DNA of 64,000 bases from a virus. Its lineage: Duplodnaviria > Caudoviricetes. The position numbers were made by a program, and so were the translations under genes. The stretch covers positions 26,237 to 90,236 of IMG/VR virus record IMGVR_UViG_3300010163_000014; one strand, written 5' to 3'. Position 1 is the first letter of the stretch; every line of letters begins with the position of its first letter. The notes below the pieces were generated by a model. It was not told the origin of the DNA. It was given only the letters and a program-made list of their open reading frames with translations, and ran no database searches. This document shows positions 38,610 through 48,749 of this stretch, in pieces.

Positions 38610-39356
38610 ATGGACCAGAATAATGGTCAGCGACAGCAGTTCTCCATTTCTACCAACGTAGTCAGTCTGTTCGATGATCAGTCTGTGCAACTACGAATTG
38701 GTGGACTGGACAGTGCTATGTCAGTTTCTCTGTGGCTACCGGTACAGGGAGAAGACGGCAAGAATAAATATCCGCAGGATCATCGTCCCAGTGTGGTTCT
38801 ACCTCCTGAGCGCATCAGTGCTCTATGGACTGTGCTGAGGGATGATGTAATCCCTGCGATCTCTGAGGGCCGTCATATCTCCCGTTCTATCTTCACCTCT
38901 CGGAAGATGTCCTCCATGATTCAGGTTGAGAATGGGGATGATGGTCTCTATCTCTATCTACATTTGGACATTGATGAGAATCGGATTCCGAAGAACTCCT
39001 ACCGGTTCCACTTTGAAGAAGCAATGATTCTGACCGCATATCGTCCTAAGACAGGCGAGTATGATATTGACAAGGTCTTTGCATCCTTCTACCTCTTCTG
39101 TGAGACAGTACATTCCTTCGTCATCAACGGTACTGGAGTGACTGCTCATGCGAGTAAGGTTGTCAATCGGTATACCCTGGATAAGATCTTCCGGTATCTG
39201 GAGGGGATTGCCCAGAAGTTGAATGTGGTGATCCAGAATCCCACTTATTCTGGGAATCGTTCCAATAACCAATCTACTGGTAGTGGGTTTACCCCTCAGG
39301 GTGCGACATCCTCTCCTCAGATGCAAGAAGTATCGAATCTGAGTGATATGCTGTAA
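38610..39356 (+). CDS. Hypothetical protein, possibly single-stranded DNA binding
   Basis: Beta-rich core; low-complexity N/S/G linker; short acidic tail (EVSNLSDML), as in SSBs. The function is a guess. Confidence 0.35.
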   Translation: MDQNNGQRQQFSISTNVVSLFDDQSVQLRIGGLDSAMSVSLWLPVQGEDGKNKYPQDHRPSVVLPPERISALWTVLRDDVIPAISEGRHISRSIFTSRKMSSMIQVENGDDGLYLYLHLDIDENRIPKNSYRFHFEEAMILTAYRPKTGEYDIDKVFASFYLFCETVHSFVINGTGVTAHASKVVNRYTLDKIFRYLEGIAQKLNVVIQNPTYSGNRSNNQSTGSGFTPQGATSSPQMQEVSNLSDML

Positions 39357-39407
39357 GAAAAGACGAGGGCCCTTTATGGGCCCTCTCTTTTTATGTGAGG
39401 TGAGAAT

Positions 39408-40184
39408 ATGAATCCTGATTTTTTATATCCGACAGGTCAAGGAAAAAATCGAGATGAATATTTCTTAGTTGAATATGATGACATTATGCAATCATCTGCA
39501 GAGATGTGCATCTTAGCGACTTTACTTCTCCCAGAAGATCGAGTCAATTTTCCAATTATTGATGATATGGATGTCATTAATCCAAAAGAACTATTTGAGC
39601 AATGTGCTCTCGTTGATGAATTATCTCTCATGATGGAACTCAGGGGAGATAAAGATAAGTTATCTCAAGAGTATGTAGAAGATGTCATTAGACGAGCTCA
39701 TAAAATTGATACTTGGAATCAAAGATCCAAGACAATGATCGAATATGCAATTATCAATTTAGCTACACAGGACTTTGTCAAGAGAATTGACTTTGTCAAT
39801 CGTAGAGGATTTGAACCATTTGAGATTGCACATCTAACTGGTTTATTCGGAAAGGATATCGAGAAGATTAACTTCTATCAGGGCAATGTAGCTCCTTTGA
39901 TGAAAGATCATGAAGAGTGTACTACAGTATTTCTGAATGATCCGGATGAAGCCCTTATGATTTTAAAAGATCCAGATGCTTATCATCTCTTCCAATCGGT
40001 ATTGATTTTGAGGAGTTCTCTAAGAACCCACTCAATTGAATACCCTAATGGAGATTCTCACTATATTTTGAAAGATCATTATAGTGATCAATTTAAAAAG
40101 CTTTGCGATCTCAAGCCATGGAAATTGGGATCATTTATTCCATCTCTATTTATACCACCAACTCAAGGTGAAGGGGCTATTTAA
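39408..40184 (+). CDS. Hypothetical protein (258 aa), possibly HAD-like fold
   Basis: N-terminal FLVEYDDIM and later VFLNDP loosely resemble HAD motifs I and IV. Confidence 0.4.
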   Translation: MNPDFLYPTGQGKNRDEYFLVEYDDIMQSSAEMCILATLLLPEDRVNFPIIDDMDVINPKELFEQCALVDELSLMMELRGDKDKLSQEYVEDVIRRAHKIDTWNQRSKTMIEYAIINLATQDFVKRIDFVNRRGFEPFEIAHLTGLFGKDIEKINFYQGNVAPLMKDHEECTTVFLNDPDEALMILKDPDAYHLFQSVLILRSSLRTHSIEYPNGDSHYILKDHYSDQFKKLCDLKPWKLGSFIPSLFIPPTQGEGAI

Positions 40185-40868
40185 ATGGAATCTAAATACT
40201 ATTATCCTAATCAATCTATTATATCCGAACCATTCAGATTGGGTATTGACCCAACTCCTGATTGGTTTAAAGATCAGATATCTAAAGAGCATGCGGCTAT
40301 CGTAAAAAATAGATTTGGACAAGATCATGGGGTAATAATGCCCACTGAAGATGTCAATGGAAATCCTATCCCTGGATATACTTTGCAGTATGGAGAAGTT
40401 GTCTATCAAATTGATAAACATATTTGTCATATGGATGAATGGATGTTTAATTTAACATTTTATCCTCTTCAGGAGGCTATTGATTTTAGTCAGCTCACTA
40501 TACCTATTAATATTGAGGATAGCAATATAAAATTATCTATTCCTCATGAGCTTTCAGGACTTCCTATTCAAGAGATGCTTACTCAATGGCGTAACTATCT
40601 TGAGAAAGGAATAAAAGAGAGCAATTCCGAAATGGATGTTAAAATCTTAAAATATATTAAGTCAGCATCTCATAGTGATGATGAAGAGCCTGTGCAAGAG
40701 TCTAAATTTTCTTTAACTATACCTAGACCACAAACTCCAGAAGAGTTCGCTCTGAAAATGGATGAGTATCATAGAGAGATCTTTCGTCGTCAACTAGATG
40801 AGATGTGTGGAGATGCAATATCTCGAGCTGAAGAAGCAGTTGAATATTTAACAGATTCAAAGGAATAA
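40185..40868 (+). CDS. Hypothetical protein; N-terminus similar to the downstream 87-aa protein family
   Basis: YYPNQSII..F....PDWF...MF..TFY pattern. Confidence 0.6.
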   Translation: MESKYYYPNQSIISEPFRLGIDPTPDWFKDQISKEHAAIVKNRFGQDHGVIMPTEDVNGNPIPGYTLQYGEVVYQIDKHICHMDEWMFNLTFYPLQEAIDFSQLTIPINIEDSNIKLSIPHELSGLPIQEMLTQWRNYLEKGIKESNSEMDVKILKYIKSASHSDDEEPVQESKFSLTIPRPQTPEEFALKMDEYHREIFRRQLDEMCGDAISRAEEAVEYLTDSKE

Positions 40869-40881
40869 TTGAGGAAATATT

Positions 40882-41145
40882 ATGGGAGTTAAGAAATATC
40901 TAAAAAGACCAGAATCTATTGAAGCTATTCAATATACTGGTCTCAATAAAGAAGAAATTAAAGCATTCTGTCCGACTGTGAAATTTATTTCTAATCGAAA
41001 GAAAGCGCATGATACTTTAATTGTCCCTACTCCTGTAGGTATTAGCAGTGCTAATACAGGGGATTATATCACAAAAAACATTCAGGGAGAATTTTACGTT
41101 TATAAAAAGGAGCTTTTCCTTGATATCTATGAGGAGGTAAAATAA
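40882..41145 (+). CDS. Conserved small phage protein (PGDYG-like)
   Basis: KKYLKRPESIEAIQY...IVPT..G...ANTGDYI.K..QGEFY.YK..LF...YEEV. Confidence 0.65.
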   Translation: MGVKKYLKRPESIEAIQYTGLNKEEIKAFCPTVKFISNRKKAHDTLIVPTPVGISSANTGDYITKNIQGEFYVYKKELFLDIYEEVK

Positions 41146-43547
41146 TGGGAAATGATGTGAATAAATTCATTGATAGAGAGATCTACAATGATATCATGTC
41201 TGGTACTAATATTATCTCTGGGGATGAGTTTAAGACGATCATGTGTACCATTGCACAATTGTGCTCTGATCTGGTTGTCAAGACTCTTGGCCCCTATGGT
41301 AGTACCACTCTACTGGATGATGGTATGGGGGCTGTTTATCCCACCAAGGATGGTTGGTCTGTCCTTTGTAAGATGAAGTTCAATGACCCCATCTATAATA
41401 CTGCTCTAAATACGCTTCGGAAGACGAGTTTTGATGCAGTGACTGCTGTTGGTGATGGTACCACTACTGCAATGGTTGCTGCAAATGCCTTCCTGCAGTT
41501 TATCATTACTCAGAAACTGGATAAAGATCCTGAGTTTGATCAGGCTCTCTTCCGCAAATCTGTTGAAGCTGCTGCTGATGATATCATCAATACCCTGTAT
41601 AAGTTTACTACTCCGATTGAGGCAAATGAGCAGGGTTATAAAGTCATTCGTCAGATTGCAAAAGTTGCCACAAATGGCAATGATAAGTTTGCAGATCTGG
41701 TCTCTGAGATCTATCAAAAGACCAACAATCCCACCATTCATGTGCAGATTGGTAATACTCCTGAGACCAAGTATACCATCGAGGATGGTTATAAGGTTGA
41801 TGCAGTACCCATTATGCACTCTGCATATATCAATGCCGATGAGAAGAAGAGCTTTGTCAAGAATGGTAAAGTTCTGATTTTGAATCACAATATGACCTAT
41901 GTCAATCACTGGGATATGCTCCGTGTATTGGCTGACTACACCAATGCATATCATCAACCGGTTGTCATTATGGCCCCCTATTTCGATGATTCTATTTGTA
42001 CCTGGATGGTAAAACAAGCCCAAGAATATCAGCGTGTAGGCGCAATTCCTTATTTGAGAATGCTTCAGATTCCGTTTACCACGGAACTTCAAAAGTTGGC
42101 AATTGAAGATTTAGAGATCATGACCAATGCATCTGTCATTGATGATGCAAAACTTCGGATGTACAATGCTATGCTTCAGAGGGAATGGATTGCTGCTGGA
42201 AAGATCGATCCTGAAACTCGATATGATACCGCAATGGCTGAGATGGGTGTTGACACCTATCAGACATCCAGTAATCTAGTCTTGAAATCTTTGGGCAATC
42301 TCGCTACTCTTGAAGTTACTGATAAACAGATCTTCCTGCGTGATTTTGAAGAGACTGCTGATATAGCTCGTCTTGAGCAGGCTCGAAAGGTTGCAGAGGA
42401 TACCTGGAATCATGTCAATAAGAGGGCTAATCGGCAGGGTGTTGGTAGTATTGATAAGGAATATATTACTGCTCATCAGAGATATATCCGTCTTCGTGGT
42501 AAGATGGGTATCATTGAGGTTGGTGGTGTCACTGATCTACAGAAGATGTGTGATAAAGATTCCCTTGATGATGCCTGTCTAGCTTGTCGTTCTGCTTGGG
42601 ATTCTGGGTATATCTCTGGTATGGGATTTGATACTCTTCGAATCACCAATGCCCACATGAATTATTTCAAGCATGCAATGAAGATTGATACTAATCCAGA
42701 TCAAAAAAGAAATAAATATTATATGCTTGCTCTGAGGGCAATCTATCGGGCATTCAATACCGTTGCTCAATATGTCCTCCATAATAAGAGCGCATCCGAT
42801 AAGGTTGTCTCTTTCCCTGATCGTGATGATACGATGAAGCTGACCAATAATCAGATTATTGAAATCGGAGTCCTCGGCACTCTTTGGGATAGTGCTGATA
42901 AGGAGTTCAATGATCCCGTCTATTTGCATCAGGATACTGTAGATTCTCTGTACTTCACAGATCCTGAGTGGAAAAATACTCTGAAGAGAATCTGTTTTGA
43001 TGCAAAGAATGATCGATTCCTCTGTATGGATCATGAGGATGCGATCATCAACTCTGTGGAGATTGATGTCCAGATCATCAGGACTATGGTATCCGTATTG
43101 ACTATGGTCATCACATCCAATCAGTTCCTGTCTACTGGTCGTATGTATGATCGGAAACTCACTCGGTCTCAGAGCCTTCAGAATCTATCCACTGAAGAGC
43201 GTACCAAGGGTATGTCCTTTATGGATGGTGTATTTGAGGCTATCAGAGCTTCTAAGAATGAGGATGCTCTTGCGAAGCTCGGAACTCATCTATCTGCAAA
43301 TGTGCATCTAGGAGAAACGAATGAAACTAAGGCTTCTCCGATGAATGATTCAATGGGTGGTGCCTTGGGTTCTATGCTAGGGATGCTTGGCGGTGCTTTT
43401 AACCAGCCTAAACCTCCTGTTATTCGTAGCAGTCAAACTCCTGATACCATTTCTGAGGATGATGCATCTACAGATATCATTTATGAGCAAACTCCGGACG
43501 GACCTATCACCTATGATCCGGCGACCGATTCTTTCACGGGGCAATAG
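41145..43547 (+). CDS. groEL: GroEL-like chaperonin (800 aa, extended)
   Basis: KTLGPYG, TKDGWSV, GDGTTTA (ATP site), IIEVGG, D..DDA..A.RSA. Confidence 0.9.
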   Translation: MGNDVNKFIDREIYNDIMSGTNIISGDEFKTIMCTIAQLCSDLVVKTLGPYGSTTLLDDGMGAVYPTKDGWSVLCKMKFNDPIYNTALNTLRKTSFDAVTAVGDGTTTAMVAANAFLQFIITQKLDKDPEFDQALFRKSVEAAADDIINTLYKFTTPIEANEQGYKVIRQIAKVATNGNDKFADLVSEIYQKTNNPTIHVQIGNTPETKYTIEDGYKVDAVPIMHSAYINADEKKSFVKNGKVLILNHNMTYVNHWDMLRVLADYTNAYHQPVVIMAPYFDDSICTWMVKQAQEYQRVGAIPYLRMLQIPFTTELQKLAIEDLEIMTNASVIDDAKLRMYNAMLQREWIAAGKIDPETRYDTAMAEMGVDTYQTSSNLVLKSLGNLATLEVTDKQIFLRDFEETADIARLEQARKVAEDTWNHVNKRANRQGVGSIDKEYITAHQRYIRLRGKMGIIEVGGVTDLQKMCDKDSLDDACLACRSAWDSGYISGMGFDTLRITNAHMNYFKHAMKIDTNPDQKRNKYYMLALRAIYRAFNTVAQYVLHNKSASDKVVSFPDRDDTMKLTNNQIIEIGVLGTLWDSADKEFNDPVYLHQDTVDSLYFTDPEWKNTLKRICFDAKNDRFLCMDHEDAIINSVEIDVQIIRTMVSVLTMVITSNQFLSTGRMYDRKLTRSQSLQNLSTEERTKGMSFMDGVFEAIRASKNEDALAKLGTHLSANVHLGETNETKASPMNDSMGGALGSMLGMLGGAFNQPKPPVIRSSQTPDTISEDDASTDIIYEQTPDGPITYDPATDSFTGQ

Positions 43548-43561
43548 AAAGGAGTGATAAT

Positions 43562-44290
43562 ATGGACGACAATCAGTATATTTGGGAACCCGATGATGAA
43601 ACTGTTCACATTCGCGGAATTGAATGGATTCATCGAGTAGTAGCAGATAAGCATCAGTATTTACTCATCAAGGATGGTTTGATTATCAATACCATGAATG
43701 TCGATGATCCGCTTTGGACTGCTGAGGATGAAGCGAAATTTATGGACGAGTGGTATAAGAACCCTGGTGATGGGACTATCTTTATTGGTGCAGAGGCAGC
43801 CGCGCCCTATACGGAAGAAAAGATTACTCCTGACGGAATTCATCATTACCATCACGTCCTTACTGGTAAGACTTGGTCAAAGAAGGAGAAAGAGGACGAA
43901 GAGCTTATTGCGGCTGCTAGTGTAATAGAGAGCGATAATGATGAGATGGGTGCAAAATGGATTGAGCGCCCCGGAGATGAAATCGTTCACATCCGTGGAG
44001 ATCGGATGCTGCATCGAGTTTCCGGGATAATGCATATCTATTTAGGGCTTGATGAAAATGATATCATCACTAGCTATCAATCTATCAGTGGTAAACTTTG
44101 GACTGAGGAAGACGAGACTACTTTCCAGATTCAATGGTATGGTAGCAGTGGAACTTTTGTTAGTCCGGATAAGCAAAAAGATCCCAATGTTCTTGAGAAA
44201 TATGTAGATGATGCAGGATATTGGTATCATTACTATCATAATATTCTTAGTGGGGAAACTACTAAGGAACGTATCAAAAAAGTAAAATAA
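43562..44290 (+). CDS. Hypothetical protein made of two tandem ~120-aa repeats
   Basis: DE(T/I)VHIRG...HRV...LWT.EDE..F...WY...HYYH..L(T/S)G occurs twice. Confidence 0.7.
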   Translation: MDDNQYIWEPDDETVHIRGIEWIHRVVADKHQYLLIKDGLIINTMNVDDPLWTAEDEAKFMDEWYKNPGDGTIFIGAEAAAPYTEEKITPDGIHHYHHVLTGKTWSKKEKEDEELIAAASVIESDNDEMGAKWIERPGDEIVHIRGDRMLHRVSGIMHIYLGLDENDIITSYQSISGKLWTEEDETTFQIQWYGSSGTFVSPDKQKDPNVLEKYVDDAGYWYHYYHNILSGETTKERIKKVK

Positions 44291-44329
44291 AAGAGGAGGG
44301 TACCTTTTCGGGTACCCTCCTCTTTTTTT
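44289..44329 (+). terminator. Intrinsic terminator
   Basis: AAGAGGAGGGTACC/GGTACCCTCCTCTT. Confidence 0.85.
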
Positions 44330-44412
44330 ATCTGCGTAAATTTTAATTTACACTAATTGCAAAAGTCCTACAGTTTTTTAAATATTGTTTATCCTGAATA
44401 GTAGGTGGTATC

Positions 44413-45141
44413 ATGACAGTTAATGAATACTTGTCAAACCCTTATGGAAAAGGATCTGCATTCTCTTCTGTTGGACAACAGAAAAGGGATTTAGATGCCC
44501 AGTATGAAAGACTATTGCATCGTATCACATGCAAGATCTATGTATATCGAAATACCGCATACTACCATGTCATTGTACCTAGTCAAAGGGATGAACAGAC
44601 GACTTATGATGTCGTTGTAGAAATTCCCTTCATTGAGAGGACAGAGGCTGATATTGATCTGAGTAATCGTGATTTCAAAGTCTTCTCAAACTGTCCATCT
44701 TTTATTTTCACATATGCTCATGTATTTAGAGGTCGGAAGATGCTTTGTGAATGGCTCGTTGATAAATACAACGAATATGTTCGTAAGAAGGCAGCTACTG
44801 TGGCAAATCCCTATGGGATTATAGGCTTTGAGAGAAGTCTATATCTTGCTTTAAAGTATCTGAAGACAACTGGTAAACTCCTCGCTACGACAATTCGTCT
44901 TGATCCTTGGAAACCAGTTTCCAGAGATGAAATTGCTAGAGAGGTGAGAACTCAGGATCAAATCATGAGTCATGCGAAAGCCAAGGTAAAACCAAATGAT
45001 AAATCTGTCTCAAAACAGTCCACCCCTCCTAAGAATGAGAAACCCAAGAATCATTCTCAGAATTCGGGTAAAACTACAAAGACTGTTAAGACGACTAAGG
45101 TAGGAAAGGTAAAGAATACAAAAACCACCAATAAAATTTAA
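44413..45141 (+). CDS. Hypothetical protein with basic K/T-rich tail
   Basis: YL.NPYGKGS, VPS..YDVVVE, FKVFSNCPSF.FTYA motifs of a kind I recall from jumbo phages; function unknown. Confidence 0.65.
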   Translation: MTVNEYLSNPYGKGSAFSSVGQQKRDLDAQYERLLHRITCKIYVYRNTAYYHVIVPSQRDEQTTYDVVVEIPFIERTEADIDLSNRDFKVFSNCPSFIFTYAHVFRGRKMLCEWLVDKYNEYVRKKAATVANPYGIIGFERSLYLALKYLKTTGKLLATTIRLDPWKPVSRDEIAREVRTQDQIMSHAKAKVKPNDKSVSKQSTPPKNEKPKNHSQNSGKTTKTVKTTKVGKVKNTKTTNKI

Positions 45142-45192
45142 AGCACTACATCATTTCAACAATCGGCAGCATGAAGGAGGAACCTCACAACT

Positions 45193-46749
45193 ATGGATGG
45201 CAAGACCAATGAACGCAAGATACCCGAGTTAGTGGATTGGGTTTGCAAACCCGAGAATGAATTTTACGTTTATAATGGCGATGTCGTAATTGCTAAATAC
45301 GACAAGCTACTGAATATCGGAGAAACCGATCTAATGAAATTTAGAATCGAAAAGGCACATTACAAAACTAGAATGGCAGATGTCGTTCATCATTTAAACT
45401 ATTTCCTCACATTCTTCGATACAGAACGGGCTTCGTTCTTATCGGTTCTATCTATCAAATACATGGTAGATACTCAAAAACAAATGGACCAAGACTCCTT
45501 CATAGGTCTAGTGCTCGACCGAATTATTACACCAACCTTTATTCGACAGTGTAAAGATATGGCACATTATCTTTACCATGTCAATGTTAATACAGATCCC
45601 GATGGAAAATATCGAAATAGTCCTAAAATCACAAATGAACAGGCAGAGCAAATCGTAGCAATTTCCTTCTGCTTCCGGTTTATTCTGCCTCTGTGTGTGC
45701 ATTATGCCAATATTGGTGATGCATTCTTAGTCAAAGATAGAAATGGTAAAATCAAGAGAGGTAATCATATCGATTGCTTTGATCGACTCTTTGGTAAAAT
45801 TGTAGATCGATTTGAGAAAGACGATGTTCATATCTTTGTCACTCTTTGTAAGTTCATTGTACATCGTGCTGAAAAGCACGCTCAAAATAATAAAACGATA
45901 TTCTCTCAGAAGGAAATGATTCGAGGAGACAATATCGAAATGTACATTGATAATATGATTCATGATGTCATGTTAGTCAAGTCTTTATACAAGCTTGACT
46001 ATACACGCTCGTGTGTATCATTCTTTGATGGAATTGTGGGCTCATATGGTTTGAATTACAATAAAGAGAATTATGCGAGTAAACCCACTGAGATTGATTC
46101 CCCCGATACAATGAGGGATTCCGATGATCATCCGTCTCATGCTGAGGCTATTGAAATGCAAGTCTATAAATTGGATGAATCCAATCCAATGATCAATGAT
46201 ATCAATCGTCTCGATGTATTGAGATCGATGCAAGATGACTTCGCAGTTCTGCGAATCAGTAAAGATACGGATGAATATAAGTACTATTATGATAATCTCA
46301 GGTTTACCAACATTAGTGATTCTCTGCTCCACTCATTCTATTCTCCTAGGTTTAAAGATCCCTATGCAATCTACAGCTTGTCCAGAGCTGATCGTGTAGA
46401 GCTTCAACTGTACATGAAGAGATTCTTAGAGATTCGAGGAATGCCTCTATTGGCACAGATCTCCACAGCTAATATTAAGGGCTTCTATAAGGAGAATCCC
46501 GTCAAAATTACTAGATTGAATGAGCGGATGACCACTCACCCTGTCTATGAACAAATTTTGAGCACCAAGTTCCGTTATATGAAAGAGATTGACCCAAAAA
46601 ATGATCCGAATTCTCAAATGCTTTCACAGATGGTAAACTCCAGTTATGAATTGGTAGATACAGACCCTGAAGTAAATGGAAAATCGATCGATGATATTGA
46701 TATTGATCAGTTAATGGATGAATACTCTATCTTCTTGACTATCGTGTAA
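45193..46749 (+). CDS. Possible sigma-like fifth subunit of the non-virion RNA polymerase (phiKZ gp68/AR9 gp226-like)
   Basis: 518 aa (the size of gp68); mostly helical; ITNEQAEQIVAISFCFRFILPLCVHY resembles segments I recall in that family. Not verified. Confidence 0.4.
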   Translation: MDGKTNERKIPELVDWVCKPENEFYVYNGDVVIAKYDKLLNIGETDLMKFRIEKAHYKTRMADVVHHLNYFLTFFDTERASFLSVLSIKYMVDTQKQMDQDSFIGLVLDRIITPTFIRQCKDMAHYLYHVNVNTDPDGKYRNSPKITNEQAEQIVAISFCFRFILPLCVHYANIGDAFLVKDRNGKIKRGNHIDCFDRLFGKIVDRFEKDDVHIFVTLCKFIVHRAEKHAQNNKTIFSQKEMIRGDNIEMYIDNMIHDVMLVKSLYKLDYTRSCVSFFDGIVGSYGLNYNKENYASKPTEIDSPDTMRDSDDHPSHAEAIEMQVYKLDESNPMINDINRLDVLRSMQDDFAVLRISKDTDEYKYYYDNLRFTNISDSLLHSFYSPRFKDPYAIYSLSRADRVELQLYMKRFLEIRGMPLLAQISTANIKGFYKENPVKITRLNERMTTHPVYEQILSTKFRYMKEIDPKNDPNSQMLSQMVNSSYELVDTDPEVNGKSIDDIDIDQLMDEYSIFLTIV

Positions 46750-46757
46750 AACAAAAG

Positions 46758-46793
46758 AAGATGATGCTATCGCAATGATAGCATCATCTTTTT
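46758..46793. terminator. Bidirectional terminator
   Basis: AAGATGATGCTATC/GATAGCATCATCTT. Confidence 0.8.
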
Positions 46794-47010
46794 ATTCCTC
46801 ATCTGTTTTCTCATCGAGTGGTTCGATGATCTCGTCTTCCGTTTCGGGAGTTCTATCCCACATCAGTTCAATATGTCCACAGATTGGACATTGAAGAACT
46901 TTTACATTGACATTATAGTGAATCTCTTTCAGATGATATGGACAGGGATCCAATGAATCTTTTCCATTGGGCTTGACGATTACATCATGATTGAATTTAC
47001 ATTTTGGCAT
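46792..47010 (-). CDS. Small zinc-ribbon protein
   Basis: GGAGG RBS; C..H...CP.H...CPICGH. Confidence 0.6.
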   Translation of the reverse strand: MPKCKFNHDVIVKPNGKDSLDPCPYHLKEIHYNVNVKVLQCPICGHIELMWDRTPETEDEIIEPLDEKTDEE

Positions 47011-47231
47011 CAGAATACCTCCAATTGAGAATCATTACAGATGAGTTAGATTTGATCTAGAAAATAAAAAAGAATAGGGTACCCTTCGGTACCCTATTCC
47101 CTGGCAAGAAACAAAGGAGTGTGTCAGTCAGCAGACATCCAATGAGCGCGATTGGACTCGAATCCAATCTCTATTTTAAGGAAGTGCTTTACTTAATTGT
47201 AAGAGGATTATGATCTTTTTATTATAAGTGG

Positions 47232-47687
47232 GTGATGGTAATGAGCGAATATCTGATGAATTCGGCCAATGAAGGGCTAATACTGGCAGCTACTCTTCGA
47301 CATATCATCAAGCAAGAGAATAAAATGAAAATCGATATGGCCAATGAAGCAGTTCTGATGAAGAGTGCATCAGAGATGTTTGATGAGATGGAGGTTTTAA
47401 AGCATGTCAAAGCTTGTAAGAAATTGCTCAATGATTATATTGCATTAAGGCATAAACGTATACAGATCTGGGATCAAAATAGAGATATTTTACCAATGCT
47501 AAAGAATAATGATGAATATCAAGAATTATATCAAAAAGATGATTCATTGATCAAAGATATCAATCAGATTATAATTATCATGAAAATGTTTGCGAATAGT
47601 GTCGTAGAGATTCGGTATGATTTGCAATCTCAAGGAATATTGGATCGCTCTGAACAGAATAAAATCATAGCAGAAAGAATCAAATAA
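47232..47687 (+). CDS. Hypothetical helical protein
   Basis: 151-aa ORF. Confidence 0.6.
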   Translation: MMVMSEYLMNSANEGLILAATLRHIIKQENKMKIDMANEAVLMKSASEMFDEMEVLKHVKACKKLLNDYIALRHKRIQIWDQNRDILPMLKNNDEYQELYQKDDSLIKDINQIIIIMKMFANSVVEIRYDLQSQGILDRSEQNKIIAERIK

Positions 47688-47690
47688 ACC

Positions 47691-47700
47691 GATATATTAT
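47691..47700 (+). promoter_or_regulatory. Putative early promoter GATATATTAT
   Basis: Exact motif 34 nt upstream of 47734. Confidence 0.55.
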
Positions 47701-47733
47701 TCTCATGACCAAAATCAATTAGGGGGTAATATA

Positions 47734-48210
47734 ATGGGCTGCTATACTTGGTTTGCGAGACCAGTCACCGACAGGGAATTCCAACTGATGAGGGATTATG
47801 CCATCATCCAGGCGGAGGAGCTTCTCGGTAATAGTGAGTTCAATCGCAAACATGGCTTTTATAATCCTTCCATGCTTGATGAGATCAGGCGATCGGTAAG
47901 AACCGATCTTCCCTGTATCGGTGGTCGGTATCACTGGTATGAGCTTGGATGGGGTAATGGTAACCCTGAGCTCGATGCTGATTTCATTCCAATATATCGT
48001 CAAGGAGAGTTATATGCTGACTGTGCGGAATTTAATGGAACTTGTTACTCCAGTCTGAGGGTATATCGTTATCCGAATAAAATAATCCACAACAAGCGGG
48101 AACTGCGGCGGTATGTCAGAAAGCAGTACTTTAATATTACCGAAGAAGACCACGAGAAATTGAGTCGGTTCTGGAAGACCTATCCCGGCGGAATTATGTA
48201 CTGGGCATAA
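47734..48210 (+). CDS. Hypothetical protein (158 aa)
   Basis: MGCYTWF...PGG C-terminal pattern; RBS present. Confidence 0.7.
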   Translation: MGCYTWFARPVTDREFQLMRDYAIIQAEELLGNSEFNRKHGFYNPSMLDEIRRSVRTDLPCIGGRYHWYELGWGNGNPELDADFIPIYRQGELYADCAEFNGTCYSSLRVYRYPNKIIHNKRELRRYVRKQYFNITEEDHEKLSRFWKTYPGGIMYWA

Positions 48211-48254
48211 TTGTCAATCGGCATAGATACTACTTTTTAGGAGATGATACACTC

Positions 48255-48749
48255 ATGATTGAAATTGATGAAAATGAAATCGTCACTAGAGTACTATACT
48301 CTAGGTTGGAGGACGAGTTGGTTCTCGGGCTCGCCTGCTTTGCCCTTGAAGATAAACTCAAAGCCGCACTTGATTCCTGTAATATGAAATTAATTGCAGA
48401 TACATACGAGGAATTTAAGAAGGCGTATGAGTATTATTCTGAGGCTGTCTCAAAACGTCAGATGTGCGTCAAAGGCGCTTCAGAGAATACGATCGTCAAT
48501 CAAGATCCATACATTATTGAACGAATTAAAGTCCTCGAGAGATATACTGCCACGATCAAAGTGTGCTGCGAAGAGATATCAGGAATGGTTTTGATAGCCC
48601 TTGAGACATTAATGAGGATAAGGAGGCGCCTCGCTAATAATTATGGGATTATGAATCCCGATATCCAAGCCCAAATCATTAGAATGGCCAATGATCAAAA
48701 CGTCCCATTGGAAGAGGCTATTAGGCTTTTCAAGGAGAAAATACTATGA
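48255..48749 (+). CDS. Helical hypothetical protein; paralog of the next gene
   Basis: C-terminal R..L...YG...Q..II....D.N..L shared with 48746-49237. Confidence 0.65.
   Translation: MIEIDENEIVTRVLYSRLEDELVLGLACFALEDKLKAALDSCNMKLIADTYEEFKKAYEYYSEAVSKRQMCVKGASENTIVNQDPYIIERIKVLERYTATIKVCCEEISGMVLIALETLMRIRRRLANNYGIMNPDIQAQIIRMANDQNVPLEEAIRLFKEKIL

Noticed and set aside
41406-42092. 228-aa minus-strand ORF
   Set aside because: Antisense shadow of the groEL-like gene.
30675-43547. Inteins or introns explaining the long GyrB and GroEL proteins
   Set aside because: No C/S...HN splice-junction motifs, no LAGLIDADG motif and no frame interruptions seen.
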